A stretch of 64,000 nt of DNA from an uncultured bacterium (lineage in GTDB: Bacteria; Bacillota_I; Bacilli_A; RF39; UBA660): contig CAMVPB010000005.1 of the NCBI GenBank assembly GCA_947169285.1, positions 545 to 64,544 on the forward strand. The letters are read 5' to 3'. A model generated the notes under the pieces. That model ran no database searches. It was given only the letters and a program-made list of their open reading frames with translations, and was not told where the DNA came from. Position numbers and translations under genes: made by a program. Below, piece by piece: positions 10,572-18,653 of the stretch; within the stretch, counting starts at the first letter, position 1, and each line of letters begins with the position of its first letter.

Positions 10572-11189
10572 ATGGATTTTATTAAAAAAAATGAGTCTTG
10601 TGAAAAATTTTATTCTGTTGACTATGATAAAGAGAAGTTAAATGAAATTTTAGAAAAGTTAAAAAACTATAATTATACGGCAATTGGTAAAGGCGAGATG
10701 GGTGGAGTAACTAATTGGCCTGCTACAGAGAAAAATATAAAAAGAAGAGTTACATCTTTCTTTAATGCTTGTATGCATGACCAAAATGCAACATTACATC
10801 CAGAGACAATAGTGCGTCATGATGATGACTATGTTTCATATGAATATTCTTATAATAAATTACCGGATCTATATGATTATATTGATTTAATTGTAAATAC
10901 ACAAAACCCTTTTAAACATAAAAGATTGTTTAAGAATTTTAGTGATGCTTATATTTGCTTTCACTGGGATCAAATAGTATTAGAAGGATTGCTAAATTAT
11001 GCAAATTCCCCAGAATTAACAAATCATAATTCTATAGAAAATAGTGAATCAAGTAAAGAAGAGTATGATTATAAAGGATTAAATGAATTATATATAGAGA
11101 CATTAAAATGTTTCAATTTCAATTTAATAGCAGTCAAAGAATATTTAAAAGAACCAAAATCAGTGAATGTTTTATCTTTAAAAAAATAA
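10572..11189 (+). CDS. Hypothetical protein, ~205 aa (start at internal ATG after the conserved promoter/RBS module)
   Basis: Preceded by the same TTGAAA-17-TATAAT ... taagggagg module as 7610. No recognisable family. Confidence 0.45.
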   Translation: MDFIKKNESCEKFYSVDYDKEKLNEILEKLKNYNYTAIGKGEMGGVTNWPATEKNIKRRVTSFFNACMHDQNATLHPETIVRHDDDYVSYEYSYNKLPDLYDYIDLIVNTQNPFKHKRLFKNFSDAYICFHWDQIVLEGLLNYANSPELTNHNSIENSESSKEEYDYKGLNELYIETLKCFNFNLIAVKEYLKEPKSVNVLSLKK

Positions 11190-11291
11190 ATTATTTGGTC
11201 ATAGTATAAAACAAAAACTATGGCTTTTTAATTGTTATATTAAAATTAGAATCATGATATAATAAAAAAGTAATTTGAAAGTTGGTGTGAA

Positions 11292-11637
11292 ATGAAAATA
11301 ATAACAGTTTGTGGAAGTTTAAGATTTTTTAAAGAAATGATGGAAATAACTGAAAAGAAGGAATTAGAGGGTAATTGTATGTTAGTTCCAATTTATAATC
11401 CTTTAAAACCAAATAAAGATAATTATAGTGAGAAAGGATGCACTTATGTTGGATAAGATGCATAAAGAAAGAATTAAACTATCTGATGCTATTTTAGTTG
11501 TTAATGTTAATAACTATATTGGTGATAGTACTAAAAGTGAAATAGAATATGCTAAATCATTAAATAAAGAAATTATTTATTACACTGATTTAAAAGAAGA
11601 AAGCTTAGAAACTAAAATTCGAAAAAAATTAGTTTAA
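11292..11637 (+). pseudogene. Frameshifted nucleoside 2-deoxyribosyltransferase-like gene (two overlapping ORFs 11292..11457 and 11428..11637)
   Basis: N-terminal part MKIITVCGSLRFFKEM... and C-terminal part LSDAILVVNVNNYIGDSTKSEIEYAKSLNKEIIYY together fit the NDT-family pattern but lie in different frames. Confidence 0.5.
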
Positions 11638-11677
11638 ATTTTAAAGAGAGTTATTTGATATTAAAGGAGGAATTGAT

Positions 11678-12277
11678 ATGAAATTAATTTTAACATCTAG
11701 AGTGTTCGGTGATGCTATTGCAACTGAAAAAGTATTAAATGAATTAAATATGGATATTTCAAAAGCAAAAATACTTTTAATAGCAACTCCAAGATTGCCT
11801 TATGAAGGGCCAGAAAGTTCTTTTGAAAGTTTAGTTTATTGGGGATTTAAAGAAGAAAACATCGTAATATTTGATCATAATAAAGCAGAAGAATATTGTA
11901 ATTTAGATATAGATATTATTTATGTTACAGGAGGAAACACTTTTACAGGTTTAAAATTACTTAAAGAATGCAGATTTGATAAAGAAATTATTAAATATAT
12001 AAATAATGGCGTAATCTATTTAGGAAAAAGTGCTGGTTCACATATAGTATCTAAAAATATTGAACATGTTATAGGATTTGATCCAAATGAAGTAGGGTTA
12101 ACTGACTTTGAAGGGTTAGGATTATTTAATGGAATATTAGTTTGTCATTATAGTGATGAAAGAAAACCATGTTATGATAGATTATTATCAGAAAAAAAGT
12201 ATCCTGTGTATACTTTAACTGACCAAGATATGATAGTGTATGATGATAGTTTAGTAAAAAAATTAAAAAAGTATTAA
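11678..12277 (+). CDS. Peptidase S51 (dipeptidase E-like) family protein, 199 aa
   Basis: IIYVTGGNTFTGLKLL ... GVIYLGKSAGSHIV matches the S51 GGNTF / SAGS serine motif. Confidence 0.55.
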   Translation: MKLILTSRVFGDAIATEKVLNELNMDISKAKILLIATPRLPYEGPESSFESLVYWGFKEENIVIFDHNKAEEYCNLDIDIIYVTGGNTFTGLKLLKECRFDKEIIKYINNGVIYLGKSAGSHIVSKNIEHVIGFDPNEVGLTDFEGLGLFNGILVCHYSDERKPCYDRLLSEKKYPVYTLTDQDMIVYDDSLVKKLKKY

Positions 12278-12367
12278 GAGAAGATTTTACAAATAAAAAT
12301 ATTTGTGTTAATATGTGATTAGAAAAATCTTATATTTTTCTTTATGAGTTTAGCAATAGTTAAATTA

Positions 12368-12403
12368 TTGCCCCAGAAGGAAATCCGCTCGAACTTTTCG
12401 AGC
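12368..12403 (+). other. Degenerate direct repeat of the tRNA-His 3' end plus downstream hairpin (att-like); gctcgaacttttcgagc is a perfect hairpin
   Basis: gccccaGAAGGaaatccGCtcgaactttt versus gccccaTATTGaaatccCGtcgaactttt at 4087..4114 matches at about 25 of 29 positions, in the same orientation. Confidence 0.55.
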
Positions 12404-12465
12404 TTATATACAACTAATTCAGAAATGGATTAGTTTTTGGTTGTTAGAAACTATCCTAAGAAAGG

Positions 12466-12732
12466 ATGGTATTTATGGTAAATATTATTAAGCAAGAAGT
12501 TGTTATTGAAGAATCATTAAAGAAGAAGTTAAAACTAATATGTGAGTTTTCAAATACTACTTTAAAAATAATAAATGGTAGTATAAGAAAAATTGAAAAT
12601 AATAATCAAATTAGAGAAATAACTGAAGAAAATAGGAATGGATTCGATTTAATAGAAAAAGCAGAAAAAGAAATAAAATATATGGAAGGCCACAAAAAAC
12701 GCTTACAAAATAAATTATTAGTCATAGTTTAA
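12466..12732 (+). CDS. Hypothetical protein, 88 aa
   Basis: ORF with upstream RBS (aggatgg). Lysine/glutamate-rich with a coiled-coil-like composition. Confidence 0.4.
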   Translation: MVFMVNIIKQEVVIEESLKKKLKLICEFSNTTLKIINGSIRKIENNNQIREITEENRNGFDLIEKAEKEIKYMEGHKKRLQNKLLVIV

Positions 12733-12827
12733 AATATAATAAAAACTATGACTTTTTAAATGGGATATACTTGACTTTTTAAGAAAAAAGCAGTATAATA
12801 TGGCCACATTTTAAGGAGGAAATTAGA

Positions 12828-13163
12828 ATGAGAACTCGTGTACCTGATAATCCACATCCAGTACCAATGCCGGATATGGATAATTTTAGCGAAGAAGAAA
12901 TAGATGATTTGTTAATAGACAATTTTTTAAAGAAATTAGAAGTTCATTCACATACGCCTAGAAATCCGCATCCAGTACCAATGCCGGATATGGATAATTT
13001 TAGCGAAGAAGAAATAGATGATTTGTTAATAGACAATTTTTTAAAGAAATTAGAAGTTCATTCACATGCGCCTAGAAATCCGCATCCAGTACCAATGCCA
13101 TCAATAGAAACAGATTATCAATCAAAAAAAGTTAAAAGAAGAATTAGAAGATTACTTAAATAG
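12828..13163 (+). CDS. Tandem-repeat protein (repeated 38-aa unit RNPHPVPMPDMDNFSEEEIDDLLIDNFLKKLEVHSH.P), 111 aa
   Basis: ORF with RBS (aaggagga). It contains a perfect 114-bp tandem duplication. Confidence 0.5.
   Translation: MRTRVPDNPHPVPMPDMDNFSEEEIDDLLIDNFLKKLEVHSHTPRNPHPVPMPDMDNFSEEEIDDLLIDNFLKKLEVHSHAPRNPHPVPMPSIETDYQSKKVKRRIRRLLK
12852..13103 (+). repeat. Tandem direct repeat, 114-bp unit x ~2.2, near-identical copies
   Basis: Units start at 12852, 12966 and 13080. Copies are identical except for single bases (acgcct versus gcgcct). Confidence 0.85.
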
Positions 13164-13236
13164 TTGTATGTTTTGACATGTAGCAAGGTTTGAAAAAAAT
13201 CTTGCTTTTGTTTGGGACTTAGATGATCAAAAATTT

Positions 13237-13426
13237 TTGCTCCCTCGAAAAGCATTTTTTATGCTATTTTTAATATCAGGATAAGAGGTGGTATCACATT
13301 ACTAAGATTTACCCATAAATCCTAATAATTTGTGACTCCAAACTTATATTTTATGTTTTTTTGACTCAAACGCTAACAACTTTTACTCCCAAAATGACTT
13401 TTTTTTGAAAAAGTTGAGGGAGCAAA
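13237..13426 (+). repeat. Copy 4 of the 220-bp repeat family (most diverged)
   Basis: ttgctccctcgaaaagcatttttt ... atatcaggataagaggtg ... a hairpin, then ttgtgac ... gttgagggagcaaaa. The end motifs co-vary (ccctcgaa/ttgaggg here versus cccacaaag/ctgtggg in copy 1). Confidence 0.7.
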
Positions 13427-13560
13427 AAATATAAATATAATAAAAATAATTGAAGAATTTTATAAAATGAATAGTAATTTTTTCAAATTATAAGATATAA
13501 CTTTAAATTTGACTTTAAGTCTCTGCTTTGATATAATATATAGCTATTAAGAGGGGGTTT

Positions 13561-14400
13561 ATGAGTGAAATTAATAAAGTTTTAAATGATGAATCAAAAA
13601 ATGATAAAGAACTAATTAAAGAGCTTAGTGTTTACGTTAAAAATCATAAGAATAAAAAGTTGCCAATAAATAAAGAATTTGTTAAAGGTATAATTGATAT
13701 ATCTTTGAGAAATAGTGAAGTTGACTTTAAAAAAATAGAATTTGTTAATGACATGAGTATTGGAGCTTCTTGGTTACCTGAAAGTATGGGGTTAGAATTT
13801 AATCTTACAGGAGCATTAAAATATGCTAGATTATTGAAAGATTATAGGTTTCATTCGAAAGTTGGTGATAACGATATATTTTTATATTATTCAGTTATAG
13901 AATTTGTAATTCATGAACTCACTCACGCAAGACAATATTACGTTAATTTGATAGAGAAAAACGAGGTTTATAATTCTTGTGAAGAATTAATTGAAAAAAA
14001 ATATGATGTATACCGAGTAAACCACGATAAAGTATTGATAGAAAGATATGCGCATTTAAGAGGTCATACGCTTGCATACGAGGTATTATCTTATATTTAT
14101 TCTATGGAGCAAATTCAAGAATTTAGAAGAATAATATATGTTTATTTGTTAATGGGATACAAAGTAAATCATAACGGGGATACTATTTCTGCTTTAGATA
14201 AATACAATGAATTAATGAAAGAAAACTCATTGCCAATAGTTAATATTGATTCTAATGATGATATGACATTATATGATAGACTTTATTTAGGACTTCCAAT
14301 AAGTACATTAGAATATCATAGATTAAAGCTCTTATATGCAGATATTTGGCATAATGATGACAAAACTCAAAGAGTAAAAACATTAATTAATAAATTATAA
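13561..14400 (+). CDS. Hypothetical protein with HExxH motif (IHELTHARQ), possible zinc metallopeptidase-like, 279 aa
   Basis: ORF with RBS (gagggggttt) and an HELTH motif. No further family assignment. Confidence 0.4.
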   Translation: MSEINKVLNDESKNDKELIKELSVYVKNHKNKKLPINKEFVKGIIDISLRNSEVDFKKIEFVNDMSIGASWLPESMGLEFNLTGALKYARLLKDYRFHSKVGDNDIFLYYSVIEFVIHELTHARQYYVNLIEKNEVYNSCEELIEKKYDVYRVNHDKVLIERYAHLRGHTLAYEVLSYIYSMEQIQEFRRIIYVYLLMGYKVNHNGDTISALDKYNELMKENSLPIVNIDSNDDMTLYDRLYLGLPISTLEYHRLKLLYADIWHNDDKTQRVKTLINKL

Positions 14401-14496
14401 AAGGATTTTAAAAAAGATATTGATTAACACAAACCAATATTTTTTCTTTTGAAAAGACTTTGACATTTATATAATTTATGATATTATGTTTATAGA

Positions 14497-14557
14497 AATT
14501 AGTTGTATTAACAACTTTCTTTAAAGATGGTAAGTTTTAAATCATCTTATTTGTTGC
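14497..14557 (+). repeat. Second copy of the short palindromic repeat seen at 8505..8565
   Basis: ttagttgtattaacaactttctttaaa...taagttttaaatcatcttatttgttgc, compared with 8505..8565. Confidence 0.55.
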
Positions 14558-14841
14558 CCAAATAAAAAAATAATGTCGCATAATGCGACTTTTTTTATTG
14601 GGGCTATAAATAAAATTATTCTTATAAAAAAGTGTTTTTGAATTATTTTGACTATAATATATATAGAGGAGACATAATATGAATAATGGAATAAAAAATG
14701 AAACTGAAATTGTTAATAGCATAAATGGCAAGAAGTTTAATGAATTAAATTAATAATTTTTGCTTTTAAATGTAAAATTTTTAAATCTTTAATATTTTTT
14801 TAATAAAAGATAGTAAAATTATTTTTGAAAGGAAGAAAAAT

Positions 14842-16596
14842 ATGAAAAGAATAACAAAAAATATAATTATGAGTATAGTATTAATTATATGTGTGATTGG
14901 AATGATACTTACAATTAATTATTATTCATCAAGTTCAAACAATAATGATGCTAGTGGTCAAATTCAAATGGGAGGGACTCCACCAGAGATGCCATCTGGT
15001 GAAAATGATAGTAATATGGGAACACCTCCAGAAAAGCCAGAAGGAAATGCAAACAGTGAATTTCAAAATACGCCTCCGGAGATGCCATCAAATGATAATT
15101 CGAATATGAAAACTCCACCGGAAATGTCACTTGAAAATAATACTGAATCATCGGTCTTAAAGTATCTTTTAATTGGTGGTATTAGTTTATTGGGAAGTTT
15201 AGATATATTATATTTAATATTATCTAAATTTAACAAAAGAACTTTAAAAGAAACTTTTTCATCATCTGATAAAATAGTAATATATTTTTTGGGAACAATT
15301 ATTTTAACTGGATGTTTAACTTTTGGAGTAAATCGTTTATCTAATAATATGATTTCATCAAATGCTAATCAAAATATGCCTGGTGGTGGAATGAATAGTA
15401 GGTCCGTTTCATATTCATCTCAAAAGGAAATAACAAGTGATGAAACAATAACAAATGGAAATTATACTTCATCATCATCTGATGAAAATGCAATTTTAGC
15501 TACTGGAGATATTGAAGTAAATATTTCTAATGTAACTGTCACAAAAACTGGAGACTCTGATGGAGGAGATTCTACAAGTTTTTATGGAACTAATTCTGGT
15601 GTACTTGCTAAAAGTGGGGCAAATGTAACAATAAAAAATGCTACTATTGAAACTAATGCAACTGGAGCTAACGGTGTATTTAGTTATGGTGGCTCTGCTA
15701 CTACAAGTAATTCAACAAGTGATGGAACAACTATAAATATAAGTGACTCAAAAATAACTACAACTAAAGATAACTCTGGAGGTATTATGACTACTGGTGG
15801 AGGTATTATGAATGCTACTAATCTAGAAATAAATACTGCAGGTACTTCTTCTGCAGCAATTAGATCTGATAGAGGAGGAGGCACTGTAAATGTTAATGGT
15901 GGAACTTATAAAACAACTGGACAAGGTTCACCAACCATTTATTCAACTGCAAATATTACAGTAAAAAATGCAACACTTGAAGCTACTGCATCAGAAGGAG
16001 TCGTTATCGAAGGAAAAAATAGTGTAGTATTAGATAGCTGTACTTTAACAGATACAAATAATAAATTAAATGGACAATCTACTACATATAAAAATATATT
16101 CTTATATCAATCAATGAGTGGAGATGCTGATACTGGAACTGCAGAGTTCACTGCCAAAAATAGTACAATCACTACAAATAAAGGTGACACTTTATATGTT
16201 ACAAATACAACTGCCTCTATAACTCTAGAAAATAACACTATAGTTAATAATGATTCTACTGGTAACTTTTTAAGAATTCAAAAAGATTCTTGGGGAAAAA
16301 GTGGTTCAAATGGCGGAGATGTAACGTTAAATCTCACAAATCAAAAAGCAATAGGCAATATAGTGGTTGACTCAATATCAACTTTAAAAATGACTGTTAA
16401 TGATAATTCTTATTATGAAGGCTCTATTAATAGTGATAATACAGCTAAATCAATCGCCATAGTATTAGATAAAACTTCTAAAATAAAATTAACTTCTAAT
16501 AGTTATGTAACATTGTTTGAAAATGCTGATTCAACTAATAGTAATATAGATTTTAATGGATATAAACTATATGTTAATGGTTCATCTATAAATTAA
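14842..16596 (+). CDS. Secreted/cell-surface repeat protein, 584 aa (N-terminal TM/signal, TPPEMP proline-rich repeats, Ser/Thr/Asn-rich beta-solenoid-like C-terminal region)
   Basis: Hydrophobic N-terminus with repeated GTPPEMPS / NTPPEMPS / KTPPEMS motifs. A second TM segment is followed by a long T/S/N/G-rich region with repeated NxT(I/V) patterns. Confidence 0.6.
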   Translation: MKRITKNIIMSIVLIICVIGMILTINYYSSSSNNNDASGQIQMGGTPPEMPSGENDSNMGTPPEKPEGNANSEFQNTPPEMPSNDNSNMKTPPEMSLENNTESSVLKYLLIGGISLLGSLDILYLILSKFNKRTLKETFSSSDKIVIYFLGTIILTGCLTFGVNRLSNNMISSNANQNMPGGGMNSRSVSYSSQKEITSDETITNGNYTSSSSDENAILATGDIEVNISNVTVTKTGDSDGGDSTSFYGTNSGVLAKSGANVTIKNATIETNATGANGVFSYGGSATTSNSTSDGTTINISDSKITTTKDNSGGIMTTGGGIMNATNLEINTAGTSSAAIRSDRGGGTVNVNGGTYKTTGQGSPTIYSTANITVKNATLEATASEGVVIEGKNSVVLDSCTLTDTNNKLNGQSTTYKNIFLYQSMSGDADTGTAEFTAKNSTITTNKGDTLYVTNTTASITLENNTIVNNDSTGNFLRIQKDSWGKSGSNGGDVTLNLTNQKAIGNIVVDSISTLKMTVNDNSYYEGSINSDNTAKSIAIVLDKTSKIKLTSNSYVTLFENADSTNSNIDFNGYKLYVNGSSIN

Positions 16597-16637
16597 GAAT
16601 TATGAAAATAATTCTTTTTTTGTGATAAACTATTTAT

Positions 16638-17117
16638 ATGAAGGTAATGCATAATTTAAAACCTATTTATAATGAAAATTCTAAAGTATTAATACTTGGC
16701 TCACTTCCTAGCGTTATTTCTCGTGAAAACAATTTTTATTATGCAAATAAAACGAATAGATTTTGGAAAATATTAGAAAGTATTTTTAATATTGAATTAA
16801 ATACAAATGAAGAAAAAGATAAATTTTTATTAAATAATTATATTGCTTTGTGGGATGTAATAGCTTCTTGTGATATAAAAGGTTCAAGTGATTTGTCTAT
16901 TAAAAATGTAAAAGCTAATAATATAGATTTGATTATTAATAAGAGTTCTATAAAACATATTTTTTGTACTGGCAAAGTTGCATATAATTTATTCAATAAA
17001 CACATAAAAACTAATATACCTGTTAGTTATTTATCAAGCCCATCAAGTGCAAATGCTAAGAAAAATTTAAATGATTTAATAAATGAATATAAAGTTATTA
17101 AAAAGTATTTAAAATAA
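16638..17117 (+). CDS. Mug/TDG-like member of the uracil-DNA glycosylase superfamily (possibly DNA-deoxyinosine glycosylase), 159 aa
   Basis: LILGSLPSVIS ... NRFWKIL ... SYLSSPSSAN parallel the Mug motifs GINPGL...NRFW...LPNPSGL. Confidence 0.55.
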   Translation: MKVMHNLKPIYNENSKVLILGSLPSVISRENNFYYANKTNRFWKILESIFNIELNTNEEKDKFLLNNYIALWDVIASCDIKGSSDLSIKNVKANNIDLIINKSSIKHIFCTGKVAYNLFNKHIKTNIPVSYLSSPSSANAKKNLNDLINEYKVIKKYLK

Positions 17118-17152
17118 TAAAATTTATTGATAAAATTAAAATAGAAAGGAAA

Positions 17153-17818
17153 GTGGATATGAAAAAATATTTAGCTGAATTTATCGGAACTTTAACACTA
17201 GTTTTATTTGGAACAGGAGTTGCAGTATTATCTGGTAACTTAGTTGCAACTTCACTTGCTTTTGGCCTTGCAATAGTAGCTTGTGCTTACGTTATAGGAG
17301 ATATTTCTGGTTGCCATGTTAACCCTGCTGTATCATTAAGTATGCTTTTAAGTAAAAAAATGACAGTTAAGGATTTCATTGGGTATGTTGCAGCACAAGT
17401 TTTAGGAGCATTTGCTGGTTCATTGCTTTTATATTTAATTCTTAAAAATTCTAATGTAGGTGTATTAAACTTAGGTGCTAATGGATATGGTGCTTTATCT
17501 GCCACAAATATTTCAATGTGGGTAGCATTAGTTACTGAAATAATTCTAACTTGCGTATTTGTTTACACAATATTGGGTGTTACAAGTGATGACAAGAAAT
17601 CAAATGTTGCAGGTATTGTAATAGGTTTAACTTTAATGTTTGTTCACTTATTTGGAATAAACTTAACTGGAACTTCTGTTAACCCAGCTCGTAGTTTAGC
17701 TCCTGCTGTTATTTTAGGCGGTAAGGCTTTATGCCAAGTTTGGGTATTTATAGTAGGACCATTTATCGGTTCAATAATCGCAACGCTTTTATTTAAATAT
17801 TTGAATAAAAGAAAATAA
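17153..17818 (+). CDS. MIP-family channel (aquaporin/glycerol facilitator), 221 aa
   Basis: Two NPA boxes (HVNPAVS and SVNPARS) in six hydrophobic segments. A hairpin terminator follows at 17827..17860. Confidence 0.85.
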   Translation: MDMKKYLAEFIGTLTLVLFGTGVAVLSGNLVATSLAFGLAIVACAYVIGDISGCHVNPAVSLSMLLSKKMTVKDFIGYVAAQVLGAFAGSLLLYLILKNSNVGVLNLGANGYGALSATNISMWVALVTEIILTCVFVYTILGVTSDDKKSNVAGIVIGLTLMFVHLFGINLTGTSVNPARSLAPAVILGGKALCQVWVFIVGPFIGSIIATLLFKYLNKRK

Positions 17819-17906
17819 TAATTTTAAAAAGATATTAGATTAATTTCTAATATCTTTTTTGCAATAATTTTTGTTTTTAAGTAAATAATAATATTAGGTG
17901 ATTTTA

Positions 17907-18653
17907 GTGGCTAATATACGCAGTAATATTTCTTTTGCTCTTGTAGATATTCCAGTTATCATGAATCCAATTATTAAAAACAATGATGCATCTTTTAATC
18001 AAATTCATGAGAAGTGTGGTAAAAGAGTATCTTATATAAAATATTGTCCTCATTGTAAAAAGAATATTAAAGAAAGTGAAATAATTAAAGGTTATCAATA
18101 TGAAGATAATGAATATGTTGTTTTTGATAAAGAAGAATTAAATAAGTTAAAACCTGAAAATGATCATGAAATAGAGATAATATCTTTTATTAGTATTAAA
18201 GATATAGATCCATATTATTTTGAAAAAAGTTATGTACTTGGTAGTACCGGAAAAGGTAAAAGTTATAATTTATTTTGTGAAGCTTTAAAGAAAAGTAAGT
18301 TAGTAGCTCTTTGTAAAACTGTTTTAAATGGTAAATTTTATTATTGCATTTTAAGATTTAATAAAAATAATATTATAATGACTACTTTATATTTTGAAGA
18401 AGAAATAAATATAGATAATGAAAAAAAGAAAGATATAAATATTAATAACAAAGAATTAAATCTTGCTATGAAATTAATTGATTCATTGAAAGGTAAATTT
18501 GAACCATCTAAATATAAAGATGAATATCAGGATAACATTAAAGATGCAATTAATTTAAAACTAGATGGTAAAACAATTAAAGGTAAAAAGAAAAAAGATA
18601 AAAAGCATATTAATGATTTAATGGAAGCTTTAGAAAAGAGTTTAAAAAAATGA
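17907..18653 (+). CDS. ku: Ku protein (NHEJ DNA end-binding); GTG start after RBS aggtga
   Basis: N-terminus ANIRSNISFALVDIPV matches the bacterial Ku start (SISFGLVNIPV). Length about 250 aa, with a lysine-rich C-terminal tail. Confidence 0.8.
   Translation: MANIRSNISFALVDIPVIMNPIIKNNDASFNQIHEKCGKRVSYIKYCPHCKKNIKESEIIKGYQYEDNEYVVFDKEELNKLKPENDHEIEIISFISIKDIDPYYFEKSYVLGSTGKGKSYNLFCEALKKSKLVALCKTVLNGKFYYCILRFNKNNIIMTTLYFEEEINIDNEKKKDININNKELNLAMKLIDSLKGKFEPSKYKDEYQDNIKDAINLKLDGKTIKGKKKKDKKHINDLMEALEKSLKK

Larger units (their letters stand above)
4093..12403 (+). mobile_element. Putative tRNA-His-associated genomic island bounded by the tRNA 3' end and its degenerate direct repeat; no integrase gene inside
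   Basis: Inferred from the direct repeats at 4087..4114 and 12370..12399. The cargo is enriched for nucleotide-processing enzymes, repeats and gene remnants. Confidence 0.4.

Noticed and set aside
2652-13426. The 220-bp repeat family as integron attC sites or a CRISPR array
   Set aside because: There is no IntI tyrosine integrase, no GTTRRRY/RYYYAAC core sites, no regular short repeat-spacer periodicity and no cas genes. The elements are too long and irregularly spaced.
14537-14731. 64-aa minus-strand ORF in the intergenic region before the surface protein gene
   Set aside because: No RBS and a low-complexity translation. The region is better explained by the palindromic repeat and terminator on the + strand.
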